DNA of 64,000 nt from Eledone cirrhosa (lineage: Eukaryota): NCBI GenBank assembly GCA_964016885.1, contig OZ024754.1:29016001-29080000 (forward strand). The letters are read 5' to 3'. The translations under genes were made by a program, and so were the position numbers. Below are positions 39,898 through 54,123 of the stretch, piece by piece; positions within the stretch are counted from its first letter, which is position 1; each line of letters begins with the position of its first letter. The notes under the pieces were generated by a model. The model ran no database searches. It had not been told where the DNA came from and was given only the letters and a program-made list of their open reading frames with translations.

Positions 39898-42063
39898 TCA
39901 GCATGTACCCATTGGAGGTCGGGTACCCTGTATTACTGCGTGACGCCAGAAGTCACGGTCGTGTGTCATTGACTTTGAGAGGTGTAGTTGGGTAAGGTCG
40001 GCTTTTATCACCTCATCCCAAGTCATCTTGGGTCTACCCACTCCGCGGTTTCCATCAACTTCTAGTGCTCTGCACCTTTTTATGCAGCTGTCATCCTTCA
40101 TATGCATCACATGTCCATACCAGCGTAACCGCCTCTCCTGCACGCAGCATTTGATTCCTCTTATGCTCAGTCTCTCTCTCAATTCCTTTATGCTTTGTTG
40201 TTCACGTATATTACTGTTACACATCCATTGGAGCATGCAGGCTTCGTTTCTCTCTAATCTACGTAAGTCTTCCACCTTCAGCGCCCAGGTCTCACTACCA
40301 TGCAACATCGCTGTTCGGATACACGCATCATACAGTCTGCCTTTCATTCTGAGGGAGAAGCCTTTTGCAGCTAGCAGTGGTAGTAGTTCCCTAAACTTCT
40401 TCCATCCCGTTCTTACCCTAGTTATTGTACTTTCTGAGCACCCACCTCCGTTGCTAATTCGGTCACCTAGGTAGCAGAAGCTGTCTACTGTTTCTACAGG
40501 GCCCTCCCAGAGATTGGTGGTACTTGTTTCCTGTGGCTGTTTGCTTGCTGTTTCAGCACAGCTGCTGCATGTGAATCCTACATTCTTAATTAAGCTTCCT
40601 GAGATCCCGCTACATCTCTTGTGTACCCATTGTTTGCATTTGGGGCAGAGAATGGAGTTCCTACCTACACCTTTCCTACATACTGAGCAAGGCCATTTCC
40701 CTGAGGGGATCTGGGTTCTGTTTTCTCGTCTACTTATAAGGACCTTAGTCTTTGTCATGTTGACTTTGAGGCCCTTTCTCTCTAGTCCCTGCCTCCAGGT
40801 TTGGAATTTATTCTCTAGTTCTACCATAGATTCAGCTATGAGTGCGAGGTCATCAGCATACAGGAGTTCCCATGGGCATCCGGTCTTAAACTCCTCCGTT
40901 ATTGCCTGCAGGACTATGATGAACAGGAGAGGGCTAAGAACAGAGCCCTGGTGAACCCCATCCTGTACGCTAAATTCCTCGCTATACTCATTGCCAATCC
41001 TAACTTTGCTGACTGCTCCCCTATACATGGCTTGTACCGCTTTCACAAGCCATTCATCTACTCCTAGTTTTCTAAGAGCCCACCAGATTACTGCACGTGG
41101 AACTCTGTCAAAGGCTTTCTCAAGGTCGACAAATGCCAAGTAGAGTGGCTTACTTTTAGCTAGGTACTTTTCCTGTAATTGCCTCACAAGGAAGAGGGCA
41201 TCAGTGGTGCCTTTCCCTGGTACAAACCCAAATTGCATCTCGTCTATATTCACCCGGTCCCTAATCAGCTGTGCTATAACTCTTTCTGTTACTTTCATGA
41301 CCTGGTCCATCAACTTTATACCTCTATAGTTTCCTCTATCTAGTGCATCGCCTTTACCTTTGTAACAGTTGACAATGATGCTACTGCACCAATCTTTTGG
41401 TATGGCCCCCTCTAGTATTACCTGGTTAACGATACGTGTGGTTATAGTGTGACCTACAGACCCAGATGCCTTCAGCATCTCGGCAGCTATACCCGATGGA
41501 CCGGTTGCCTTCCCTATCTTCATATCTCTGATTACCTTACTTACTACGCTGCCGCTGACTTGTACTGCTGGTCCCTCTATAGGGTCTACGTGGGGTAGGG
41601 TCTCTTCTTCCCATGCATTCTCCTCATTTAGTAATCTATCATAATGACTCTTCCATGCATCTTTCTTCTCAGCACTTGTGAGGGCAAGCTCACCTTTATC
41701 ATTCCGGATACACTTCTCTCCAATGACATCACAACTATCTCTGACACACTGCCTCGCAATCTTGAATACCTCCTGTTTCTGGTCCTCACGTTGTAAAACA
41801 TGCTTGAATTTTCTATCCTCTGCTTCCCTCCTAGCTAAGTATACTTGTCGCCTAGCTTCCCTCTTGGTCTCTATGTAATGTACCCTGCTCCCCCCGTTCT
41901 TCCATTCTTTCCATGCCTGTCTCTTAGCCTTGACTGCTTCATCTACCTTATTGTTCCACCACCAAGTCACTCTCCTCCTGCTTGAGGTCTTACTCCAGCC
42001 ACAAACCTCATCCGTCGCCTCTAGTAAGTTATTTTTTAGGAACTCCCAGTTCTCTTCTACGTT
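39898..42063 (-). pseudogene. RTE ORF, C-terminal part: reverse transcriptase with PHD-like finger insertion
   Basis: NYRGIKL, QFGF, FVDLEKAFDRVP, GVHQGSVLSPLLF, YADD, FCYLG, RRLRWYGHV, GRPKMTW. No internal stops. Confidence 0.95.
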
Positions 42064-43015
42064 AAATGTCTATCTGTTCTTCTTTACTGCCGTAGGCGTT
42101 GAGTAAAATATCTTTAAATCTGTTACTGGTTGAGGGGACTTTCAGCTTCCAGATCTTTCTTCTCCAGGTTGGCCTCTGTTTCAGGGCTCGTCTAGTTCTG
42201 ACCGTGAGGTCACTGACAACTAAGCTATGTTGGGATGTACATTCCTCACTAGGGAAGGCTTTTGTGTTTACGACCGTCCATCTGTCACGTCCTCTGATGA
42301 GGATAAAATCTAACTGACTAGAGTGCTCCCCTGATCTATAGGTGATCAGGTGGTTGTCGGGTTTTTTAAAGTTTGTGTTACATATCGACATGTCATTGGC
42401 GTCGCAGAATTCTAGAAGTCTGAATCCTTCCTCATTCCTTGTGCCAACTCCATGGCCTCCATGTACTCTATTGAAGCCGTCGCAGTGTTTACCTACGTGT
42501 CCGTTAAAATCTCCTGCAATGATTAGGAAGTCCTTGTCGTCTGTTAGAGCAGTAGTGTGTATTAGGGACTCGTAAAACCTATCCTTAAGTTCGTCTGGCA
42601 GCCCCGATTGGGGTGCGTAAGCTGATATTATTGTGGTAATTGTCTTATTCAGGACTAGTCTGAGTTTAATGATTCTTGCATTTACCCTGTACACTGAGAT
42701 TACTTTATCTACCCACTTGTCAGCTAATAGTATACCTACACCACCCATCCCATCGTCATTTCCCACCCAGAAAAATTTGTAGCACTGGCTTTTTCCTACA
42801 AGGACTCTAGCAGACCCTCCTCTCCATCTAGTCTCTTGCACACAGCATACATCAACTTCCTTTCGCTCTAGCATTTCTACGATTTCTCCTGCTCTTCCTT
42901 TCATTGAGACTACATTGATGGTACCAACTCGGAGTTTTGGGCATTTGTCGACACTCGTAGGGGAGCGTCTCTGGGTTGGCGCTTCACGTGGGTGCTTGGT
43001 AGCTCGCAGATACAT
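42062..43015 (-). pseudogene. RTE ORF, N-terminal part: APE-type endonuclease
   Basis: Motifs GTINV, VQETRW, SAYAPQ, GDFNGHVG, QLDFIL, SQHSLV. The frame shifts near 42065 and continues in another frame (NVEENWEFLKNNLL...VTWWW). Confidence 0.92.
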
Positions 43016-43256
43016 ATTTCATCTATTGATTCAGAGTTGCTCGTGTATTCCCAGCTCATCCATCCATAACGGTGGGAAATATGAGGGCTAGAAGAACAGT
43101 GGTGGTGGGGTAATGGCAGGGTGTGTTGGGATGCGCCAGAGGAGGAGAGAGTTAGTTAGGCAGGTAGTAGCAGCAACAGTGGAAATGGCATGCTAGGTTT
43201 GATTGGTCGAATAGACTATGGTGGTGTGTGGGGGTGGGGTGGGGGGGAATTGTGAG

Positions 43257-44232
43257 GTAGGAACTGAGGGTCGCATGGTAAATAACTGAGAGAGATACAA
43301 TAGGATTAGAATACCGCATGGTAAATATCCAAGATAATACTACATCAGTAAAATTAACAATAATAACGTCATGAAAAACTACTAAGAGAAACCCTCGAAA
43401 ATTTATCGCTAATACAGCAGGGAAAATTTAACGCTAATACAGCAGGGAACATCATAATATTAACAACAATATGTAGGCTAAAATACCTTCGTAGATTAGA
43501 TGGATGGCTGGAAAAATTGGAATCAACTCTAGTGATACATTTTAGCAGAGAAGAATGGGAAAGTGTCTTATCTCTTCAATATTTTCAGATTGAATGAATT
43601 AGGTTAAAGACAGGGTAGTAAGCCTTAAAGAAGTGCATAGAGAGGGGGGGTAGGAACTGAGGGTCGCATGGTAAATAACTGAGAGAGATACAATAGGATT
43701 AGAATACCGCATGGTAAATATCCAAGTTAATACTACATCAGTAAAATTAACAATAATAACGTCATGAAAAACTACTAAGAGAAACCCTCGAAAATTTATC
43801 GCTAATACAGCAGGGAAAATTTAACGCTAATACAGCAGGGAACATCATAATATTAACAACAATATGTAGGCTAAAATACCTTCGTAGATTAGATGGATGG
43901 CTGGAAAAATTGGAATCAACTCTAGTGATACATTTTAGCAGAGAAGAATGGGAAAGTGTCTTATCTCTTCAATATTTTCAGATTGAATGAATTAGGTTAA
44001 AGACAGGGTAGTAAGCCTTAAAGAAGTGCATAGAGAGGGGGGTAGGAACTGAGGGTCGCATGGTAAATAACTGAGAGAGATACAATAGGATTAGAATACC
44101 GCATGGTAAATATCCAAGTTAATACTACATCAGTAAAATTAACAATAATAACGTCATGAAAAACTACTAAGAGAAACCCTCGAAAATTTATCGCTAATAC
44201 AGCAGGGAACATCATAATATTAACAACAATAT
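43257..44232 (-). repeat. About 393-bp tandem monomers (about 2.5 copies) at the RTE 5' end
   Basis: GAACTGAGGGTCGCATGG recurs at 43261, 43654 and 44046; copies are nearly identical. Confidence 0.93.
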
Positions 44233-44250
44233 TAACAACAATATTAACAA

Positions 44251-45300
44251 ATATATGTATATATATTGTGTGTGTTGATATATATATGTATATATATTGT
44301 GTGTGTTGATATATATATGTATATATATTGTGTGTGTTGATATATATATGTATATATATTGTGTGTGTTGATATATATATGTATATATATGTATATATAT
44401 TGTGTGTTGATATATATATGTATATATATTGTGTGTGTTGATATATATATATATGTATATATATGGTGTGTGTTGATATATATATGTATATATATTGTGT
44501 TGATATATATTGTGTGTGTTGATATATATATGTATATATATGGTGTGTGTTGATTTATTTATGTATATATATTGTGTGTGTTGATATATATATGTATATA
44601 TATTGTGTGTGTTGATATATATATGTATATATATGTATATATATGGTGTGTGTTGATATATATATGTATATATATTGTGTGTGTTGATATATATATGTAT
44701 ATATATTGTGTGTTGATATATATATGTATATATATTGTGTGTGTTGATGTATATATGTATATATATTGTGTGTGTTGATATATATATGTATATATATTGT
44801 GTGTGTTGATATATATATATTATGTATATATATTGTGTGTGTTGATATATATATATGTATATATATGGTGTGTGTTGATATATATATGTATATATATTGT
44901 GTGTGTTGATATATATATGTATATATATTGTGTGTGTTGATATATATATGTATATATATTGTGTGTTGATATATATATGTATATATATATTGTGTGTTGA
45001 TATATATATGTATATATATTGTGTGTGTTGATATATATATGTATATATATTGTGTGTGTTGATATATATATATGTATATATATTGTGTGTTGATATATAT
45101 ATGTATATATATATATTGTGTGTGTTGATATATATATGTATATATTGTGTGTGTTGATATATATATGGTTAAGATAATGATGGATATTGTGTGTGTTGAT
45201 GTATATATATATATATTGTGTGTGTTGATATATATATATATATATGATATATATATGTATATATATTATGTGTGTTGATATATATATATTGTGTGTGTAT
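44251..45300. repeat. About 31-bp AT/GT minisatellite, right part
   Basis: Same unit as 38660-39594, split from it by the RTE insertion. Confidence 0.92.
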
Positions 45301-45521
45301 CAGTGTGTGTTGCTATATATATATATTGTTTGTATGTGTATGTTTGTGCTTGTATGTTGATGATATATATGTGTGTTGATGATATATATATATTGTGTGT
45401 GTGTGTGTTGATGATATATATTTTGTATGTATGTGTGTCTTGATATATATAGTGTGTGTATATGTGTTGATGATGATATATATATATCTATATATATATA
45501 TTGTGTGATAGATGTTGTTGC

Positions 45522-45946
45522 TGATGGTTATGATAATGATGGTTATGATAATGATGGTTAAGATAATGATGGTTTAAATAATGATGGTTATGTTATGATG
45601 GTTAAAATAATGATGGTTAAGATAATGATGGTTATGATAATGATGGTTAAGATAATGATGGTTATGATAATGCTGGTTAAGATAATGATGGTTAAGATAA
45701 TGATGGTTATGATAATGATGGTTATGTAATGATGGTAAAAATAATGATGGTTAAGATAATGATGGTTATGATAATGATGGTTAAGATAATGATGGTTAAG
45801 ATAATGATGGTTATGTAATGATTGTTAAGATAATGATGGTTAAGATAATGATGGTTATGATAATGATGGTTATGTAATGATGGTTATGTAATGATGGTTA
45901 TGTTAATGATGGTTATGTAATGATGGTTAAGATAATGATGGTTATG
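45522..45946. repeat. 15-bp tandem repeat (gataatgatggttaW)n
   Basis: Roughly 28 copies with small indels. Confidence 0.92.
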
Positions 45947-46054
45947 GTAGCACAAAGTATTAAAGAAGGAAAGAGAAACAAAAGCAATAGTAACAATGCT
46001 AATATTAGTGTTGATACTGTTATGGTGTGTACATGTGTGTGTGTATGTGTGTAT

Positions 46055-46804
46055 TTGAGTGCTAGACGTGATTGTGTGTGTGTATATATGTATGTGTGTA
46101 TAAGTGCTAGATGTTGTGATTATGTATGTGTGTGTATGTGCATGTTTATGAATGCTAGGCGTGATTGTGTGTGCATGTAAGTGTGTGTAATTATGTAAGT
46201 GTATGTATGTGTGTGTGTATGTATATATGTGTTTATGAATGCTAGACGTGATTCTGTGTGTATATAAGTGTGTGTATGAATGCTAGACGTGATTGTGTGT
46301 GTATGAAAGTGTGTGTGTGTATGTATGTGTGTGTATATGTATATATGTGTATGAATGCTAGACGCGATTGTGTGTGTATGTATGTGTGTGTGCATGTATA
46401 TATATGTTTATGAATGCTAGACGTGATTGTGTGTATGTAAGTGTATGGATGTAAGTGTATGTGTGTGTGTATGTATATATGTGTTTATGAATGCTAGACG
46501 TGATTGTGTGTGTATGTAAGTGTATGTATATATGTGTTTATGAATGCTAGACGTGATTGTGTGTGTATGTAAGTGTATGTATGTGTGTGTGTATGTATAT
46601 ATGTGTTTATGAATGCTAGACGTGATTGTGTGTGTATGTAAGTGTGTGTATGTATGTAAGTGTATGTGTGTGCATGTATATATGTGTTTATGAATGCTAG
46701 CCGCGATTGTGTGTGTAAGTGTGTGTATGTATGTGTGTATGTATGTATGTGTGTGTGTATGTGTGTGTGTATATATAAATGTGTTTATGAATGCTAGACG
46801 CGAT

Positions 46805-46841
<37 letters not shown>

Positions 46842-47550
46842 GTGTATGTATATATGTGTTTATGAATGCTAGATGTGATTGTATGTGTATATAAGTGTGT
46901 GTATGTATGTAACTGTATGTATGTGTGTGTATGTATATATGTGTTTATGAATGCTAGACATGATTGTGTGTGTATGAAAGTGTGTGTGTGTATATGTATG
47001 TATGTGTTTATAAATGCTAGACGTGATTGTGTGTGCATGTAAGTGTGTGTATGTATGTATGTGTGCATGTATATATGTTTATGAATCCTAGAAGTGATTG
47101 TGTGTGTATGTAAGTGTATGTATGTATGTGTGTGTGTGTGTATATGTGTTTATGAATGCTAGACGTGATTGTGTATGTATGTATGTGTGTATGTGTTTAT
47201 GAATGCTAGACGTGATTGTGTGTGTATGTATGTGTGTGTGTGTATGTGTTTATGAATGCTAGACGTGATGGTGTGTGTATGTAAGTGTGTGTATGTATGT
47301 AAGTGTATGTATGTATGTATGTATGTATGTATGTGTGTGTGTCTGTATGTGTATATGTGTTTATGAATGCGAGACGTGATGGTGTGTGTATGTATGTAAG
47401 TGTATGTATGTATGTATGTGTGTATGTATATGTGTGTTTATGAATGCTAGACGTGATTATGTGTGTATGTAAGTGTGTGTATGTATGTAAGTGTATGTAT
47501 ATGTGTGTGTGTATGTATATATGTGTTTATGAATGCTAGACGTGATTGTT
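46055..47550. repeat. Compound repeat: conserved core tttatgaatgctagacgtgattg with variable (TG/TA) spacers
   Basis: About 22 cores at irregular spacing of roughly 40-110 bp. Confidence 0.9.
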
Positions 47551-48434
47551 ATTGCTGTCGTAGATGATTGTAATAATTCAGGCTGCACAAAACAGGAAAA
47601 AATAAAACAAAACTAAACTGGAATGTAATGATGGTAATGCTGATGATGCTGATGATGGTTCCATAGTTTTTGTTGTTGTTGTTATGAGTACACTATAGTT
47701 GCTGTCGTTGTTGTTGTGATGTGGGCACCATTGTTGTTGTGGTTACTGTTGGTGGTGGTGATGGTGATGGTTGCAATAATTCTGATAGCACAAAACAGCA
47801 AAGTAAGAAAGAAGAAGACCAAAGGAAACCATAAGAAATATTGCTAACTCTGATTGAGCGGATGATAATTTCAATGTTTTGTTGGGTCTTTTTTTAGTGT
47901 ATTTTATTTTATTTTTTTTTATATATGTGTCATGGAAGTTGTTGCTGCTGCAGTTATTGGTGTGATTATAATAACTCTGAGAGCAACGCCCCCCCCCCCC
48001 CCCCGAAATATATATATCATCATCATCATCGTTTAACGTCTATCTTCCATGCTAACATGGGTTATATATATATACACAATATATATATATATTGTGTATA
48101 TAAAAAGGAACGATCGACTTTCGTCAATTCGGACCGAGGGAACAATGTTTCCGTTGGTCTTTCCAATTGCTAATACTATCTATCGGTCGCAACTCCAGGT
48201 AGAAGGAGCAACGGGAAATAAAGTGTCTTGCTCAAGGACATAACGCATCGCCTGGTCCAGGAATCGAACTCACAACCTTACGATTGCGAATCCAATTCTC
48301 TAACCACTCAGCCACACGCCTTCACTATTGTGTATATATATATATTATATATATATATACAATATATATATATTGTGTATATATATATATTAAATATATA
48401 TATACACAATATATATATATATTGTGTATATATG

Positions 48435-48798
48435 CAAAAGTTTTATTTAAAATTGTTGGGTTACAACAAGTAAATATTTTATAACTGATATAAAGCACTC
48501 GACAAGTTTTGGAGTAGATATACGATATTAAACAAATGGAAACTATATTTATAAAACCATATTTATTTCGTTATACATATTTACTACCAAACCGGCTTCC
48601 AAACATATACTACCAAACCGGCTTCCTACATAACGGTTGCTCAATATTTATGGTACGTCAAAATTATTTATAAAACTGTTTATATATTGTATTTTATCTG
48701 AAGAAGGCATGCCATATTTTTAATATGGTATTCCCGAAATATGTATAATGAAATATATATGGTTTTATAAATATAGTTTCCATTTGTTTAATATCGTA
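48435..48798 (+). mobile_element. Short PLE-type insertion with inverted pseudo-LTR
   Basis: Arms 48521-48582 and 48737-48798 plus a hammerhead core. Same family as 14775-14960. Confidence 0.7.
48692..48753 (+). ncRNA. Minimal type I hammerhead (AUA triplet)
   Basis: ttttat CTGAAGA aggcatgccatatt..aatatggtattccc GAAA tatgt ATA atgaaa; 6-bp stem I and long stem II. Confidence 0.7.
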
Positions 48799-49465
48799 TT
48801 GTGTATATATATATTATATATATATCATATATATATAATATATATATATTATATATATATCATATATATATAATATATATATATTATATATATATCATAT
48901 ATATATAATATATATATATTATATATATATAACAAAAACATAAAAGAAAAAATGTTAAGAAACTAAAAATACTTGTTTGGCATTGTGGAATAGTTTATAA
49001 AAGTTATGTTGTGTTGTTTCTCTGTGTGACAGTTTGGGCATTGTGTGTAAATAAGCAAAGGTATAGTGATGACAAGAGACGATAAGTGGAACGTGTCTCA
49101 CTAAACATTACGCTTTTGAGATATATGCATGATGATTAATCTTGAGTTGGTGGCACATGGTGGCTGAAGGTGATGGGCAGTGATGGGTGGGAAAATACAA
49201 AAAAGAAAATCTTTCTCTAACTTATGTTGATAATGCATACTAGGACTTATAATTAAGCAGATGGAAGCTTCAGATTAGAATAGAGACGATATAGTAAGGT
49301 TAATGTACGGCTTCTTTCAAGGTCTGTTTGTGTTTCTATCAGTTGGCTTTGGGAAATAGATTTTACTAATGCATATTCACAATTGGAATTATACAGTATA
49401 TGTGTGTGTTTGTGTGTGTATATATATATATATGAGTGTATATATATATATAAATGTATGCTTGA

Positions 49466-49497
<32 letters not shown>

Positions 49498-50167
49498 GAG
49501 TGTATATATATATATATAAATGTATGTTTGACTGTGTGTATGAGTGTATATATATGTATGTATGTATGAGCGTATAAATGTATGTATGTATGTATGAGTA
49601 TATATATATGTATGTGTGAGTGTATATATATGTGAATATGTATGTATGTATATATGAGTGTATATATATATATAAGTGTATGTATATATGTGTGTTGTAG
49701 ATATATATATATGTGTGTATGTATATATATATATATATATGTTCAATCACACACATGTATGTGTGTTATGTCAATTATATCACTAAAACCGTTTGTGAAA
49801 TCTTAAACATGACTTGGTTCTTACAATTTAAGAGAAAATAAAGTTAGTGTCTCCCAAATATTTTCTAATTTAAACAGAATATTATTTTATTTAACCAAAT
49901 AACAACATTGGTAAACAGTGATAGAGACTTCATTTTTTCTATTCCATCTATATACATTTTACACATGTAATATACACATATGTAAGTTTGTCTCTACATG
50001 TGTTGGTGTGCATATGTATATGTTGGTGTGTATATATTTGCATGTACAGTTATATATATATAAATGTATACATGTTTGTGTTTAAGTACTTAAATATGTG
50101 TAATTTTATAAGAGTCAGACAGTGTGTAGAAATTGATGTGTTTATGTATTCATACTAACTATATATG

Positions 50168-50216
<49 letters not shown>

Positions 50217-50232
50217 ATACACACACTCACAC

Positions 50233-50265
<33 letters not shown>

Positions 50266-50325
50266 ATATACATTACGTATGTATATATATATATACAATA
50301 CGTATGTATATATATATATACATAC

Positions 50326-50384
<59 letters not shown>

Positions 50385-50439
50385 TAGAGAAATTAATGTG
50401 AGCAAGAAGCCAACATTATTTAATAATAAATAAATAATT

Positions 50440-52470
<2,031 letters not shown>

Positions 52471-52759
52471 TTTATTTGTAAATACTGAAAATATATTATT
52501 TGGTAGTGCCTATTTACCAATTTTACACCTATGCAAACATGCATGTACATATTTATGAGATAATCAATTTTTAAGCCAATTTTCTGTGCGCTAACTTACA
52601 CTGTAATTTTCGATGGTTATATATTATTCTGTTTTAAATTGATCCATAAAATATTACTGTGGAATGGAATAAAAATATTACTGCTGTTCATTTGAACAAA
52701 CACAATATATATATATATATGTATATATGTGTATATATACATATGTATTTATATATATG

Positions 52760-52798
<39 letters not shown>

Positions 52799-53150
52799 GA
52801 GAGGAATAGGTGTGGGTATATTTCTCATTTGTTGCCAAGTGCAGAAAAGCTCAAATATATATATATTATCATCATCATCATCATCATCATCGTTTAACGT
52901 CTATCTTCCATGTTAGCATGGGCTAGACGGGAGTTGTCCCAATTTGAGGCAAGGATGGTCAGGTGACCGTGTCTCGTTCGTATATGACTATCTGGCAGAT
53001 TTTCTACGGCTGGATGCTCTTCCTAACACCAACCACATTTACATTGTGGACTGGGAACTTTTTACCATGTTACCTACACGGCCACATTACAGAGTGGACT
53101 GTGTGTTTTTTTGTCGTGACACCTACACGATCTCGATATATATATATATA

Positions 53151-54008
53151 CGAGGTGTGTCAGAAAAGTTCCAGGACTGATGTCACAAAAGATTTATTTC
53201 AAACCCAAACTTCACACTAAGAGTTTTATCCTTCAAAGTAATCCCCCTGGAGTCTAATGCACTTTTCCATCCTTTTCTGCCACGCTTGCATGCACTCCTG
53301 TAAGGATTCTTCTGGGATCCTCTGCAGTTCCGTCGTCATGGCCTTATTGATGCAGTCCACGTCTTCAAAACGGGTCCCCTCCGAGTCGTACTCGAAGATC
53401 CATGACTCATCACCGGTGATGACTGTCCCTAGCAAGTCTGGTTCGGTTTCAAGAGGCTCGAGGATGTCCTGGCACACTTACATGCGTTGACCCTTCTGGT
53501 CATCGTTCAGCAGTTTTGGCACCATCTTCGCGCAGACTTTCTGCATGTCCAAATCTTACAGATGCTGTCCCAATTCATGCCCAGCTCATTTGCCATCAGT
53601 CGAACAGTCAGCCGACGATCGCTATGCACCATCTGCCTGATGCGCTCAACGTTGACCTCAGTCCTGGTTCCTTCTTTAAACCTCTTGCACCACTCAAAAA
53701 CATGTGAGCGTGACATCGTCTCATCTCCATACACTTGCTGCAGCAATCCCAGTGCTTCTGATGGAGTTTTCCCCAACCGTACCAGAAACTTCAAGTTTGT
53801 TCGTTGTTCTTTGCTCATTGCTTGACGACCTGAAACAGAGGACATGTATATAAAATTATGAAGAAAAAAGTTTGATCGCTGCAGAGAGCTAAGATTACAG
53901 TTACATACTCCAGGGGGATTACTTTGAAGGAGAAAACTCTTAGTGTGAAGTTTGGGTTTGAAATAAATCTTTTGTGACATCAGTCCTGGAACTTTTCTGA
54001 CACACCTC

Positions 54009-54009
<1 letters not shown>
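53151..54009 (-). mobile_element. Internally deleted mariner transposon
   Basis: 103-bp TIRs, TA on each side, HTH region (EQRTNLKF...MSRSHVFEWCKRFKEG), ITGDESWIFEYD and C-terminal GDYFEG. Confidence 0.95.
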
Positions 54010-54051
<42 letters not shown>

Positions 54052-54087
54052 TAATAATAATAATAATAACTTTAATCTGTTATTTTA

Positions 54088-54118
<31 letters not shown>

Positions 54119-54123
<5 letters not shown>

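Larger units (their letters stand above)
39595..44250 (-). mobile_element. Near full-length RTE-clade non-LTR retrotransposon
   Basis: APE endonuclease and RT coding region, about 300-nt 3' UTR ending in a (GAT)n tail at 39595-39616, and a 5' region with tandem repeats. The same minisatellite flanks both sides. Confidence 0.93.

Noticed and set aside
46055-47550. CRISPR-like repeat-spacer appearance
   Set aside because: Eukaryotic intron; spacers are microsatellites of uneven length; no cas genes.
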